A stretch of DNA of 64,000 nucleotides from an uncultured Marinoscillum sp. (GTDB lineage: Bacteria > Bacteroidota > Bacteroidia > Cytophagales > MED-G16): NCBI GenBank assembly GCA_902523065.1, contig CABYXZ010000003.1, positions 40,574-104,573 on the forward strand. The letters run 5' to 3'. Both the position numbers and the translations under genes were made by a program. This document shows positions 39,055-47,758 of this stretch, piece after piece (the first letter of the stretch is position 1; the number at the start of each line of letters is the position of its first letter). The notes under the pieces were generated by a model. That model was not told where the DNA came from and did not search any database. It was given only the letters and a program-made list of their open reading frames with translations.

Positions 39055-39501
39055 CTATCCATTTTCATTGTTTTCCCACGGAAAAACAATCCAAGAACTG
39101 TCAATACTTTTATCAATCTGAGTACCATAATAATTAACACTAAATAAACTCGTTTTATTGTCAACAATTACAGCATATTTAATTTTTTGAGAATATTCAT
39201 TAAAATATTTTGAAATTGACTGTAAGGTTTCTCCTGTATCATTTATATCGTCAACTACTAAAATGTTTTTATTGTCATCAAGAACTCTTTTGTATAAATC
39301 AATAGTAGTATTATCAATACCTTTAAAATCTAAGACCTTATGCGTAACTGACTTATAATGAGAAAGGTAAACACCAGGAACACATCCACCTCTGTTAACA
39401 CTAAGTATGATGTCAGGCTCCCATTTTGATTCAATAATATTTTGATTAATGATCTGAATATAGTTTTCTACACTTTTTTGTGATAGGTATTTTTTCTTCA
39501 T
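39055..39501 (-). CDS. gpt: xanthine-guanine phosphoribosyltransferase-like (Gpt family) protein
   Basis: 148 aa from the ATG at 39501. Matches E. coli Gpt blocks (ILSVNRGGCVPGVYLS, PRPP motif ILVVDDINDTGETL, WIVFPWE). 2-nt gap to yhhQ. Confidence 0.65.
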   Translation of the reverse strand: MKKKYLSQKSVENYIQIINQNIIESKWEPDIILSVNRGGCVPGVYLSHYKSVTHKVLDFKGIDNTTIDLYKRVLDDNKNILVVDDINDTGETLQSISKYFNEYSQKIKYAVIVDNKTSLFSVNYYGTQIDKSIDSSWIVFPWENNENG

Positions 39502-39518
39502 AATTAGAATAACCAAGA

Positions 39519-39542
39519 CGGAGTGTTAATAGTAACACTCCG
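39519..39542 (-). terminator. hairpin between the 144-aa membrane gene and gpt (terminator or attenuator)
   Basis: CGGAGTGTTA-ATAG-TAACACTCCG is a perfect 10-bp stem. On the minus strand it is followed by TCTTGGTTATTC, only partly U-rich. Confidence 0.45.
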
Positions 39543-39571
39543 CTGTAGTTATAGATTAAAACGTAATTGCT

Positions 39572-40006
39572 TTATTTATCTACTATCTCAATTTTATCAA
39601 AAAGGATAAAATAAGCTGGAGCTAGTGGAAAAATACCTAGGAGAATATGTCCATACATTGCTTCGTATGGTATATAATCAACTAGAGTTACATAATATGC
39701 ACCGAAAAAGTTAATAATGGATAAACATACCATAATTTTAGGTACAGCAGTTTTGGCAATTACACTTCCATCACGTGTTAGTGGTGGTAATTTATTTGGT
39801 ATTGTTAAAACAACTTGAGTTGACCACAAAGCTGCTAATGCGAGATGTATTATATCATTACTTGATGCAAATATGGTTAATTGATCAAATACAATAAAGA
39901 TTCCAAATACAAAATAACCTATATTAAAATAGTACCTACTCTTAACTACAATACCATATATCACAGCTAAAATGCACAATCCCGCAACAACGGATTTGAA
40001 AATCAT
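39572..40006 (-). CDS. hypothetical four-TM membrane protein
   Basis: 144 aa with four hydrophobic segments. No recognised family. Confidence 0.35.
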   Translation of the reverse strand: MIFKSVVAGLCILAVIYGIVVKSRYYFNIGYFVFGIFIVFDQLTIFASSNDIIHLALAALWSTQVVLTIPNKLPPLTRDGSVIAKTAVPKIMVCLSIINFFGAYYVTLVDYIPYEAMYGHILLGIFPLAPAYFILFDKIEIVDK

Positions 40007-40018
40007 ACTAAAATTAAT

Positions 40019-40525
40019 TTAGTTAGATGAATTCTGCTCTTGATATAAAACTGCCTCTGCCTCTATATCGCTTGTATCAAAATAACAGTGTGTACCAATA
40101 ATTTTGTCACCCTCCCACTGCCACCAGCAATGAAATGTATTTTTTTGTTGTTCACCTGTAATTTTTGAAACACCAGACCAATCAGACCAGTGGTTAGTGT
40201 AGACCTCTCCATTGTTATACTCAACAGTAGTTATAACTGGATCAATATGCTGAATTTCGTCATATAATAAGGAATGAAAGTTATAACCAGCAATTATTTC
40301 TTCATTTGTGTAAACATCATTATTTACCATATGTACAGCATCATCCGAGAAGTATTCACTTGCAATACCGAAATTACCTGCCACATATCCTTTAGCTAAT
40401 TTATCGACAATTATTGTTCTTTCGTCAGACTGACTAGTCACGCCACTCCATTCAGAGGTATCAACTGCAGTACCGCAAGAGAAGATAATTGCACTTAAAA
40501 ATGTAATTATTAATATATTTTTCAT
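40019..40525 (-). CDS. NTF2/SnoaL-like lipoprotein
   Basis: 168 aa with a lipobox (AIIFSCGT). The size and a W/H/Y-rich cone-like pattern (FHCWWQWEGDKIIGTHCYFD) fit this fold. Confidence 0.35.
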   Translation of the reverse strand: MKNILIITFLSAIIFSCGTAVDTSEWSGVTSQSDERTIIVDKLAKGYVAGNFGIASEYFSDDAVHMVNNDVYTNEEIIAGYNFHSLLYDEIQHIDPVITTVEYNNGEVYTNHWSDWSGVSKITGEQQKNTFHCWWQWEGDKIIGTHCYFDTSDIEAEAVLYQEQNSSN

Positions 40526-40621
40526 ATCGTATTCTTTTTGTTAATATGAATGAATATAAAAATTTAATTCAATAATTCATTAAAATAGAGAGTTTTTTAT
40601 ATTGTAAAAAGTTTATAATAA

Positions 40622-40828
40622 TTATTTAGGGCAGGTATTTGCGCCAAATATTCTGTAAATAGTACACATGCCACTTAAAGAATTAAATAACAATATTCCT
40701 CCTACGACTGATTGTACTATTGGAAAGATTTCATAACCAAATATTAGTGTAGATGGTAACAAGAATAAAGAGATAACAAATCTTGTTATCCTCTCTGCAT
40801 TATTTTGATTTTTAATTATAATATTCAT
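40622..40828 (-). CDS. DUF2892 (YgaP C-terminal-like) small membrane protein
   Basis: 68 aa. ERITRFVISL...GGILLFNSLSGMCTIYRIFGANTC matches the DUF2892 pattern. Confidence 0.65.
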   Translation of the reverse strand: MNIIIKNQNNAERITRFVISLFLLPSTLIFGYEIFPIVQSVVGGILLFNSLSGMCTIYRIFGANTCPK

Positions 40829-40912
40829 ATCAAGTAAATTTTTTAAAGGTTAAAATATAAAATTCTTTTATTATATTGTTTTAAAATATTTATAAACCAC
40901 TAAAATTTAATT

Positions 40913-41605
40913 ATGAAAAAATTTATTTATTTACTATCGTTTTTCTTTACCTTCTCAGCAAATTCTCAAGAACTGTATTGGTATGATGTATTTCTTGATG
41001 TTAAAGGTGAGAACGCAAGTGCCTTTGTAGAAGCTGTTGATAATTACTACTCTAGTATTGATTTCCCTGAAGGGGTTAGTATGACATTTTCTAGTATACC
41101 ACTAAAAGGACAAGAATTCAAAGAATCACATATTTTGAGTTTTGTTAGTCCTTCAGCGAGTGCTCTTGCTGAAATTAGAGGATCTCTTACTGGAGAAGAG
41201 TGGGATGATTATGTTGACATTGTAAGACCATCAGTCGAAAGTGTAAGAGCTGTAGCTGGGAATGTGTCATTGGTATATAATGAAGATCAGTTTAATCCTG
41301 TTGGTCAAGTATGGGGCTTTAAGGTAAAAAGTAAAGACGTTCCTGCATTTACAAGTGCATTTGCTGATCTTATGAAATCATACGATTTTCCTGGTTTTGT
41401 TGGATTAGCTCAAGTAACACATGGAATAAGCAACGGAGAAAATATGATAATATATGGCGCATATAAAGACTTGAACGATGCGTTTTCATTTGGTCCAAGT
41501 GGAGATAAGGAGGCTAAAGCTTTTGCTGATTTTTTTGAGGCAACTGGTGATATATCAGAATTTACTCAGTCATGGACAAGAGTGAAGATTAATGATTACA
41601 ATTAA
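40913..41605 (+). CDS. secreted protein with an internal duplication (two ABM/ferredoxin-like halves?)
   Basis: 230 aa with a signal peptide. The two ~100-aa halves show parallel patterns (DVFLDVKGENASAFVEAVDNYY.. / GFKVKSKDVPAFTSAFADLMKSY..). Confidence 0.3.
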   Translation: MKKFIYLLSFFFTFSANSQELYWYDVFLDVKGENASAFVEAVDNYYSSIDFPEGVSMTFSSIPLKGQEFKESHILSFVSPSASALAEIRGSLTGEEWDDYVDIVRPSVESVRAVAGNVSLVYNEDQFNPVGQVWGFKVKSKDVPAFTSAFADLMKSYDFPGFVGLAQVTHGISNGENMIIYGAYKDLNDAFSFGPSGDKEAKAFADFFEATGDISEFTQSWTRVKINDYN

Positions 41606-41615
41606 TTAGTCAATA

Positions 41616-42464
41616 ATGAAAAATATATTTAGTTCTGTTTTTTTAGTACTGCTTTTTTCTTGTACAACAAATCAAAATATTGATAACGCAACGTGGTCAT
41701 TTGATTCATCTACAGGAAATTATATAGAGTGGCAAAGTGAAAATACCTTTGCAAACGAAATGACAAATGCAGCATTCGGTCATATGTATAATTTTGAATA
41801 TGAAAAAGCTTTAACATTTTTTGAAAAGGCGCTTCTTTATGATCCTTCATTATTTGGTCCTCACGTTGTTCTTGCTGGGCTAGCTCCTGATGGATCCGAA
41901 AAAGAGAAAATGCATATTGATAAAGCAAAGGAAAATGTTACTAATAAGAATGAGACGTCAAAAAAATTTGTCTCATTATTAGACTTACCAAGAAAATCAA
42001 GGTTTTGGCCTCTACTTGGTAGCGAAACACATGAGAAATGGGCTGAAATGAGAGAAATGGAACCTAAAGGTAAATTAATTCATTTTTACTATGCCTTTAC
42101 AATACCAGGTCTAGAAAATAAAATAGAAGCTATGGAATCTCTTCTTTCAGAACTAAGAGATGGAGTTGGAGACTCAGAGTCTTTATCTGTGACAGGCGAT
42201 CATTCATATATGATAGCTCCAATCATTAATGTATTAGGTTATTATTACTATGGGAAAGGTGATAAGGAAAAATCTAAATCATTATTTGAGGAATATATTT
42301 CTCTTTACCCTGAGGGATATAATCCATACGATTCAATGGGAGAATTTTATTTCAACGAAGGAGATATGGATCAGTCAAAAATATTTTATGAGAAGGCTAT
42401 CGAAAAATTCTTTGGAGCAACTCCAGCAAATGAAAAATTAAGAGAACTTAATAAAGAAGAATAA
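41616..42464 (+). CDS. TPR-containing lipoprotein
   Basis: 282 aa with a lipobox (LLFSCTT). TPR-like segments at both ends (YNFEYEKALTFFEKALLYDPS; MGEFYFNEGDMDQSKIFYEKAIEKF). Confidence 0.45.
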   Translation: MKNIFSSVFLVLLFSCTTNQNIDNATWSFDSSTGNYIEWQSENTFANEMTNAAFGHMYNFEYEKALTFFEKALLYDPSLFGPHVVLAGLAPDGSEKEKMHIDKAKENVTNKNETSKKFVSLLDLPRKSRFWPLLGSETHEKWAEMREMEPKGKLIHFYYAFTIPGLENKIEAMESLLSELRDGVGDSESLSVTGDHSYMIAPIINVLGYYYYGKGDKEKSKSLFEEYISLYPEGYNPYDSMGEFYFNEGDMDQSKIFYEKAIEKFFGATPANEKLRELNKEE

Positions 42465-42470
42465 AACTTC

Positions 42471-42863
42471 ATGGATAAGCAAAAAATTATAGATGCTAAC
42501 CAGATGTATGTTGAATACTTCAATTCCAGAAATATTGATGGGTTAGCTAGTCTTCATACAGAGGATGCAGTTGTGATGCCACCAAATGGTGATTTTACCA
42601 TAGGTAGAGACAACATTTCTTTAGTTTTAAAAGAAGAATTAGATATGGGCGCATGTGATCTATATTTCACTGACAGAGATATTGTTGTCTCTGGAAATAT
42701 AGCATATCATGAAGGCACGTATTCTCTAAACATCAAAGATGATAATGGAAATATAATTGGAAGTGACAATGGTAAGTATCTTGTTATCTGGGAAAAACAA
42801 AGTTATGGTGAATGGTTAATGAAGAAAGATATTTGGAATACTAGTTTACCTTTAAATAATTGA
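42471..42863 (+). CDS. NTF2-like (DUF4440/SnoaL-type) protein
   Basis: 130 aa. YVEYFNSRNIDGLASLHTEDAVVMPPNG ... KYLVIWEKQSYGEWLMKKDIWN is a typical DUF4440 pattern. Confidence 0.55.
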   Translation: MDKQKIIDANQMYVEYFNSRNIDGLASLHTEDAVVMPPNGDFTIGRDNISLVLKEELDMGACDLYFTDRDIVVSGNIAYHEGTYSLNIKDDNGNIIGSDNGKYLVIWEKQSYGEWLMKKDIWNTSLPLNN

Positions 42864-42864
42864 A

Positions 42865-43323
42865 ATGAAAAAAATTTTTTTAGTATCCATTCTTGTTGTC
42901 CTTTTTAATACATCTTACAGTCAAAATAATGAAGGTTTTTTCGGTGAAAAATTTTCTATTACTGAATTGGAAGAATATGTTTCAGTTAGAGAAAATATTT
43001 ATGATAAAAGCAATTATAATGTCATAATCGAGGGAGAAATACTATCTTCCTGTCCCATGAAAGGTTGTTGGATGAAAATTAGAGCTGAGAAAGATACTAT
43101 TTTAGTAAGATTTAAAGATTATGGTTTTTTCGTTCCAAAAGCTGGGATAGAAGGTGATAAAGCTATTATTAACGGGAAGATGTCAATAGAAACATTGAGT
43201 GTAGATTTATTAAGACACTATGCTGAAGATGCAGGGAAGTCCAAAGATGAAATTGAAAAAATAACTAAACCAGAAGTTTCATTAACATTCTTGGCAGATG
43301 GTGTTTTTATAGAAAACCTATAA
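42865..43323 (+). CDS. DUF4920 domain protein (secreted)
   Basis: 152 aa with a signal peptide. The CPMKGCWMKI motif and FKDYGFFVPK fit DUF4920. Confidence 0.55.
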   Translation: MKKIFLVSILVVLFNTSYSQNNEGFFGEKFSITELEEYVSVRENIYDKSNYNVIIEGEILSSCPMKGCWMKIRAEKDTILVRFKDYGFFVPKAGIEGDKAIINGKMSIETLSVDLLRHYAEDAGKSKDEIEKITKPEVSLTFLADGVFIENL

Positions 43324-43659
43324 TGCCCAAATTTTATCAACTCTGCCCTCTTCGTCTAGGAGAAAAACTTCCACGCACTGTGTTCTCTCTCCAGATTTAG
43401 TTTTTAGATTAAGCATGCACGTTACGTATTGACCATGCTCAATTATATCTGTTAACTCCTGTTGCAACTCATTTTCTGTACAAAAACCAAAAATTATATC
43501 TCTGATTTCATCTGCACCAGTTGCCTCAAGACCTAAGTTAGGTGCAAGCATATGATACTTTTCAGTGGTCGGCACTTTTGACCACGATTCAAATCCATTC
43601 CTCCAATCAAAGGTTACCTTATAATGTTTTATTGCTTCTGCCGTAGGTGATAAACTCAT
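43318..43659 (-). CDS. small NTF2/SnoaL-like protein
   Basis: 113 aa. The size and alpha+beta pattern fit. Weak. Confidence 0.3.
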   Translation of the reverse strand: MSLSPTAEAIKHYKVTFDWRNGFESWSKVPTTEKYHMLAPNLGLEATGADEIRDIIFGFCTENELQQELTDIIEHGQYVTCMLNLKTKSGERTQCVEVFLLDEEGRVDKIWAL

Positions 43660-43723
43660 TTTTTATAATTTAATTCTAAATTATTATAAGATTAAAATAT
43701 ATTATCTTTAAAAAAAATAAAAC

Positions 43724-44107
43724 ATGAAAAAAATTATTCTATTTACACTTCTTATTTCAATTTCATTTACGTCACATGGTAGATTATTTTACAAGTGTAA
43801 TCATGTTTATATTGGAGCAAGGCAACATAATGATATTAATGTAATATTCATGACAGGATATGAGGTATTAGATAATTTACCTGACAATAAGCTTTCAATT
43901 GTTAAGGCTAAAAAATATGCAATGGTATTATTAGATAGTGAAATTTCAGTTGTTTTGCTTGATGATCCTCAGTATAGTCCAGAATATAATACCAACTGTA
44001 GACTAGAGTTTACAAAAATGTGCTTACCAGACATTGGTAACTCTACACTTACAGGAAAAGAGCTTGGTACGGGAAAAAATGTGTCAATACTTCCAAATAA
44101 TTTTTAA
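43724..44107 (+). CDS. secreted hypothetical protein
   Basis: 127 aa with a signal peptide and four Cys. No recognised family. Confidence 0.35.
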   Translation: MKKIILFTLLISISFTSHGRLFYKCNHVYIGARQHNDINVIFMTGYEVLDNLPDNKLSIVKAKKYAMVLLDSEISVVLLDDPQYSPEYNTNCRLEFTKMCLPDIGNSTLTGKELGTGKNVSILPNNF

Positions 44108-44130
44108 TATTTGATTTTTAAATATTCACT

Positions 44131-44511
44131 CTAGCTGGTAAGATGATTAAAAGATTCTAATATTTGTATGGAAACATATTCCAGTGTCTTAATATGTGTA
44201 GACTCAAGTATAACCTTCGGAGCTAAACCAACCTCGTAGGCTTCAACCCACCTTGATGCACATAGACACCACCTATCTCCATCTTTGAGACCTTTAAAAT
44301 TATATTCTGGATAATCTCTTGTTAGATCGTTTCCCCTACTCTTGGAAAACTCTAAAAACTCATCTGATACAATTGCGCAAACAGTATGTGTGCCAATATC
44401 ACCGGGCCCCGTATTACAACAGCCGTCCCTAAATGCACCAGTTATAGGTTCATTTCCACATATTTGTAGTGGTTTGCCATATACATTTAAACTCTTCTCT
44501 TTCATATTCAA
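44131..44511 (-). CDS. DUF2237 family protein
   Basis: 126 aa. GKPLQICGNEPITGAFRDGCCNTGPGDIGTHTVCA...WCLCASRW is the DUF2237 Cys-rich signature. Confidence 0.75.
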   Translation of the reverse strand: MNMKEKSLNVYGKPLQICGNEPITGAFRDGCCNTGPGDIGTHTVCAIVSDEFLEFSKSRGNDLTRDYPEYNFKGLKDGDRWCLCASRWVEAYEVGLAPKVILESTHIKTLEYVSIQILESFNHLTS

Positions 44512-44570
44512 AATATTATTTCATTACAAATACGTTGTAACAATTAAATAGATATTGACGTGAACAATAT

Positions 44571-45125
44571 ATGAAGAAATTTTTTTTTACAGTTTTTATT
44601 CTTACAAGTTTTGATCTTATGTCTCAGGTTGAAAACCAAAATTTTAAGACCTTAAACGTTATAGATAATATTGAGATAAGAGAATATCCGCCTGCTATAT
44701 ATGCGTCAGTAACAATAAAAAATAGCAATAGTAATAATATGTTTGGTATCCTAGCTGGATATATATTTGGAGGGAATGAAAATAATCAAAAAATTGCCAT
44801 GACAGCACCAGTTCATATGCATCAAAATAATAATGAAAAATCTTCAACTATGCGTTTTGTAATGCCCTCTGAATATAAAATTGATGAACTTTCAAAACCC
44901 AATGATGAACGGATAGAAATAAAGAAAAGTGTTACAAAAAAATATGCTGCAATAAGTTACACAGGTTATAATAATTCCGAAAAATTCAAAAAATATAAAT
45001 CTGAACTACAAAATGTATTAGACAAAAAGAATATAAAGACTATAGGAAATCCAATTTATCTTGGTTACGATCCACCTTATAAGTTTTGGAATAGAAAAAA
45101 TGAGGTTTTGATTGAAATCAACTAA
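44571..45125 (+). CDS. SOUL/HBP heme-binding family protein (secreted)
   Basis: 184 aa with a signal peptide. IEIREYPPAIYASV, IAMTAPV, MRFVMPSEY, YAAISYTGY and YDPPYKFWNRKNEVLIEI blocks. Confidence 0.75.
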   Translation: MKKFFFTVFILTSFDLMSQVENQNFKTLNVIDNIEIREYPPAIYASVTIKNSNSNNMFGILAGYIFGGNENNQKIAMTAPVHMHQNNNEKSSTMRFVMPSEYKIDELSKPNDERIEIKKSVTKKYAAISYTGYNNSEKFKKYKSELQNVLDKKNIKTIGNPIYLGYDPPYKFWNRKNEVLIEIN

Positions 45126-45175
45126 TATTCCTAAAAAGTTTTATTATAATTTATTAAACCGATAATTTGTGACTA

Positions 45176-45877
45176 ATGAAATTTAATTTTTTAAAGTATG
45201 GCGTAGAATTTTTAGTTATAGTTAGTGGTGTAAGTGCATCTTTTCTTGTTGATGAGTACAGAGAAAGTCTAAGAAATGACGAGGAAAGATTAAAAGTATT
45301 GTATAATTTAAAAATAGAGCTTGATGAAATTACTAATTATTGTAATGAAAGAAAGAAGTTTTTTCAGAGAGACAGTAAAATAATTAATTATTTAATTGAT
45401 GATAAAAACATATACCTTGACTCTGTAAAATTAATTTCAGGCACTCCGTTTGAGGTAGGAATTGCATTAATAGATTATAGGGCATTTTCTCCACCAATGA
45501 ATAGATATAATTCCATAATCAGTGAAGGTAGTCTAAAGTTTGTAAAGTCAGACTCGATCAAAGATTTGCTTAGTACATTAAATAACACTATATACTCTTA
45601 TGTAGTTGGTAATGTTGAAGATGAGAAAATAATTAAAGAAAGGCTCAGTAGTTATATTTCAACCCAATATCCAGAGATAATTGTGTATGGGGATGAGCAA
45701 AATTTTAATGATTATTATAAAAATTTAAAAAAAAGTATTGAAGGAGATATGCAGTTCAAGGCACAACTTAAGCTAAAGTCAAGGACCATGTTTGTTAAGG
45801 AGTTTTTCTTGGATAGATACATAAAGACACTTAATAATCTTAAAGGAACAATAGAAAAAACGTTGAGTGAGGGTTAA
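45176..45877 (+). CDS. hypothetical membrane-anchored protein (DUF6090-like?)
   Basis: 233 aa with an N-terminal TM (FLVIVSGVSASFLV), then a helical domain. Confidence 0.3.
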   Translation: MKFNFLKYGVEFLVIVSGVSASFLVDEYRESLRNDEERLKVLYNLKIELDEITNYCNERKKFFQRDSKIINYLIDDKNIYLDSVKLISGTPFEVGIALIDYRAFSPPMNRYNSIISEGSLKFVKSDSIKDLLSTLNNTIYSYVVGNVEDEKIIKERLSSYISTQYPEIIVYGDEQNFNDYYKNLKKSIEGDMQFKAQLKLKSRTMFVKEFFLDRYIKTLNNLKGTIEKTLSEG

Positions 45878-45894
45878 AACTTAAAGGGTTTACA

Positions 45895-46743
45895 ATGAAA
45901 TCTAATCAGACACTTAAAATACCATTATATATAGTCTTATCAGTAAAGTTTTTAAATTTTTTTTCAGAGAACTTAGCCGTTAAATATGCCGCTTTTTTAT
46001 TTTCTATACCTATTAAGTTTCGAAGACCTGATAGAGAAAATGAATACTTTTTGAGTAGTATTCACAAAAAAATTTACATACCCGAAGTTGGTAAAAATAT
46101 AATGACGTATGAGTTAGAAGCTTCTGGCCCTAAAGTACTACTAGTTCATGGTTGGAGCGGTCGAGGAACTCAGATGCATGCTCTAGCAAAAGAGTGTCAC
46201 AAAGAAGGAATGAATGTTTTCTCATTCGATTTACCCGCTCACGGTCAATCATCTTCAAGCACTACACTTATTCCTGAGGTTGTAAAGTGTGTAAGATCCT
46301 TATACCAAAAAATAGGTCCTTTTGATTATGCAATTGGACATTCAATAGGTGGAATTTGTATTATGAATTCTCTTAGATTTGGTGATATGTATAAAAAAAT
46401 GGTGACAATAAGTTCGCCACACGTGAATGTAGACATGTTCAAAGATTTTATCTTTAAAATTGGACTTAAAGAAAAATCTTTAAATAAATTATTAGACGTA
46501 TTTAAGAATAAAGTTGGCTCGAATGTTGAATCCTACGATTTAATAAAATGTGCAAAAATTTCAAATACACCTACACTTATATTACATTGTGAAGACGATA
46601 GAGATATACCGGTAGAATGTTCAAAAGAAAGCATTAAGCATTTTAAAAAGGGGAAGCTAATAATAACTAAAGGTCTCGGACACAGAAGAATTTTAAGAAA
46701 TAAAAATATTGTTAAATCAGTCGTAAGTTTTCTAAAAAATTAA
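45895..46743 (+). CDS. alpha/beta fold hydrolase
   Basis: 282 aa. LLVHGWSGRG, nucleophile elbow GHSIGG, and C-terminal D and H candidates (EDDRDIP, GHRRIL). Confidence 0.65.
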   Translation: MKSNQTLKIPLYIVLSVKFLNFFSENLAVKYAAFLFSIPIKFRRPDRENEYFLSSIHKKIYIPEVGKNIMTYELEASGPKVLLVHGWSGRGTQMHALAKECHKEGMNVFSFDLPAHGQSSSSTTLIPEVVKCVRSLYQKIGPFDYAIGHSIGGICIMNSLRFGDMYKKMVTISSPHVNVDMFKDFIFKIGLKEKSLNKLLDVFKNKVGSNVESYDLIKCAKISNTPTLILHCEDDRDIPVECSKESIKHFKKGKLIITKGLGHRRILRNKNIVKSVVSFLKN

Positions 46744-46747
46744 TTTT

Positions 46748-46999
46748 ATGGATTGTTTAGATATCAATTATTATTTTCTATACATATTACTCTTTCTATT
46801 TCCCCTACTATATGTAGTTGTTCTTCGTCAAACTAACAAAAAAAAGTTAATTGAATTATTGGGTGAATCAGTTGGTGAGAATACAGCAAGAATTCTATTC
46901 TTTATTGTATTTATATTGCTTTGGATTTTACCTTATATTGTTTTCGAATTCTGTGATTTACAACAGATTGATAAGTCTAGTGGAAGATTTTTTTGGTGA
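46748..46999 (+). CDS. small hypothetical membrane protein
   Basis: 83 aa with two TM segments. Confidence 0.3.
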   Translation: MDCLDINYYFLYILLFLFPLLYVVVLRQTNKKKLIELLGESVGENTARILFFIVFILLWILPYIVFEFCDLQQIDKSSGRFFW

Positions 47000-47182
47000 T
47001 TAATCCTTTCCTGTAAAGTGTTTATACAACCTCGAACCACCAAGAATAAGGTATATTATACCAAGTCCTAAGATAATCTGTTTGTAATATGTTAGCTCAA
47101 TTGAATCTTCTACCGATATAACAATCGACAGACAAACAAGCCCCATAATAATATATAAAATAGATACATAGAAAATCTTCAC
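47000..47182 (-). CDS. small hypothetical membrane protein
   Basis: 60 aa with two TM segments. Confidence 0.25.
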   Translation of the reverse strand: MKIFYVSILYIIMGLVCLSIVISVEDSIELTYYKQIILGLGIIYLILGGSRLYKHFTGKD

Positions 47183-47199
47183 AATATTTTCTACGATAA

Positions 47200-47496
47200 T
47201 TAACTATCATAGTTATCATATAAGTACAACGGAAGCGCTAAAGAGAAACCCACTAACGAGGCTAGTATATATTTCCAAATACTCAAATTGTGTTTAGCTC
47301 TTTTGTAGAGTAAAAAAGTAAAAAAAGAAATATAAGCAATCGTTATATCCCATGTTATCATTGATACTGGGTGTGAAGAATAGATCTCTGATACAAAATA
47401 GTCAAATGTAGGGTTATCACCCACTAGGAAGAAATACAACTGGTAATAAGGCATTACAATACCCAGAATACAAAGAATAAAAAAAACTTTTTTCAT
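47200..47496 (-). CDS. DUF2834-like small membrane protein
   Basis: 98 aa with three TM segments. The C-terminal GFSLALPLYLY resembles the DUF2834 motif. Confidence 0.4.
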   Translation of the reverse strand: MKKVFFILCILGIVMPYYQLYFFLVGDNPTFDYFVSEIYSSHPVSMITWDITIAYISFFTFLLYKRAKHNLSIWKYILASLVGFSLALPLYLYDNYDS

Positions 47497-47559
47497 AATT
47501 ATATTTTTAAATTATCATTGATTACTATATTGAATATACTTGATTAAAAGAATAAAGAT

Positions 47560-47757
47560 TTGAAAAAATCCAAATTTAAAAGATACACATTGGCATTAAT
47601 TGGATTAATTTCCTTCTCAAGTGGAATCTGCCTCTTTGGATTAGCCATCATAAATAAATATGAAAACTCTGACTGGTTCATGATTGGCACATTATCTTTA
47701 ATTCTAATAAATGGCGGCTTGGGAGTAATGATTAAAAATAAGTGGGGAACATTTTAA
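47560..47757 (+). CDS. small hypothetical membrane protein
   Basis: 65 aa with a TTG start and two TM segments. Lies 1 nt upstream of the next gene. Confidence 0.3.
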   Translation: MKKSKFKRYTLALIGLISFSSGICLFGLAIINKYENSDWFMIGTLSLILINGGLGVMIKNKWGTF

Positions 47758-47758
47758 T

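Noticed and set aside
39517-39571. Possible preQ1 riboswitch upstream of the gpt-yhhQ pair
   Set aside because: The only structure is a simple 10-bp hairpin. It lacks the A-rich 3' tail and loop consensus of preQ1-I/II/III, so it is more likely the terminator of the upstream membrane gene.
28189-44551. Embedded or antisense track ORFs at 28189-28482(+), 32692-32967(-), 33266-33469(+), 35393-35683(-), 35872-36057(-), 38727-39005(+), 41710-41928(-), 42250-42441(+) and 44342-44551(+)
   Set aside because: They are alternative frames or opposite strands of confidently assigned genes (CotH, GH20, fasciclin, DUF5009, yhhQ, the TPR lipoprotein, DUF2237). None has an independent start context or motif.
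44580-44588. T9 tract right after the SOUL gene start codon as a phase-variation switch
   Set aside because: It encodes Phe-Phe-Phe of an ordinary signal peptide. Such runs are common in this AT-rich genome (for example A11 at 35333-35343 and T10 at 50212-50221), and there is no evidence of length variation from a single sequence.
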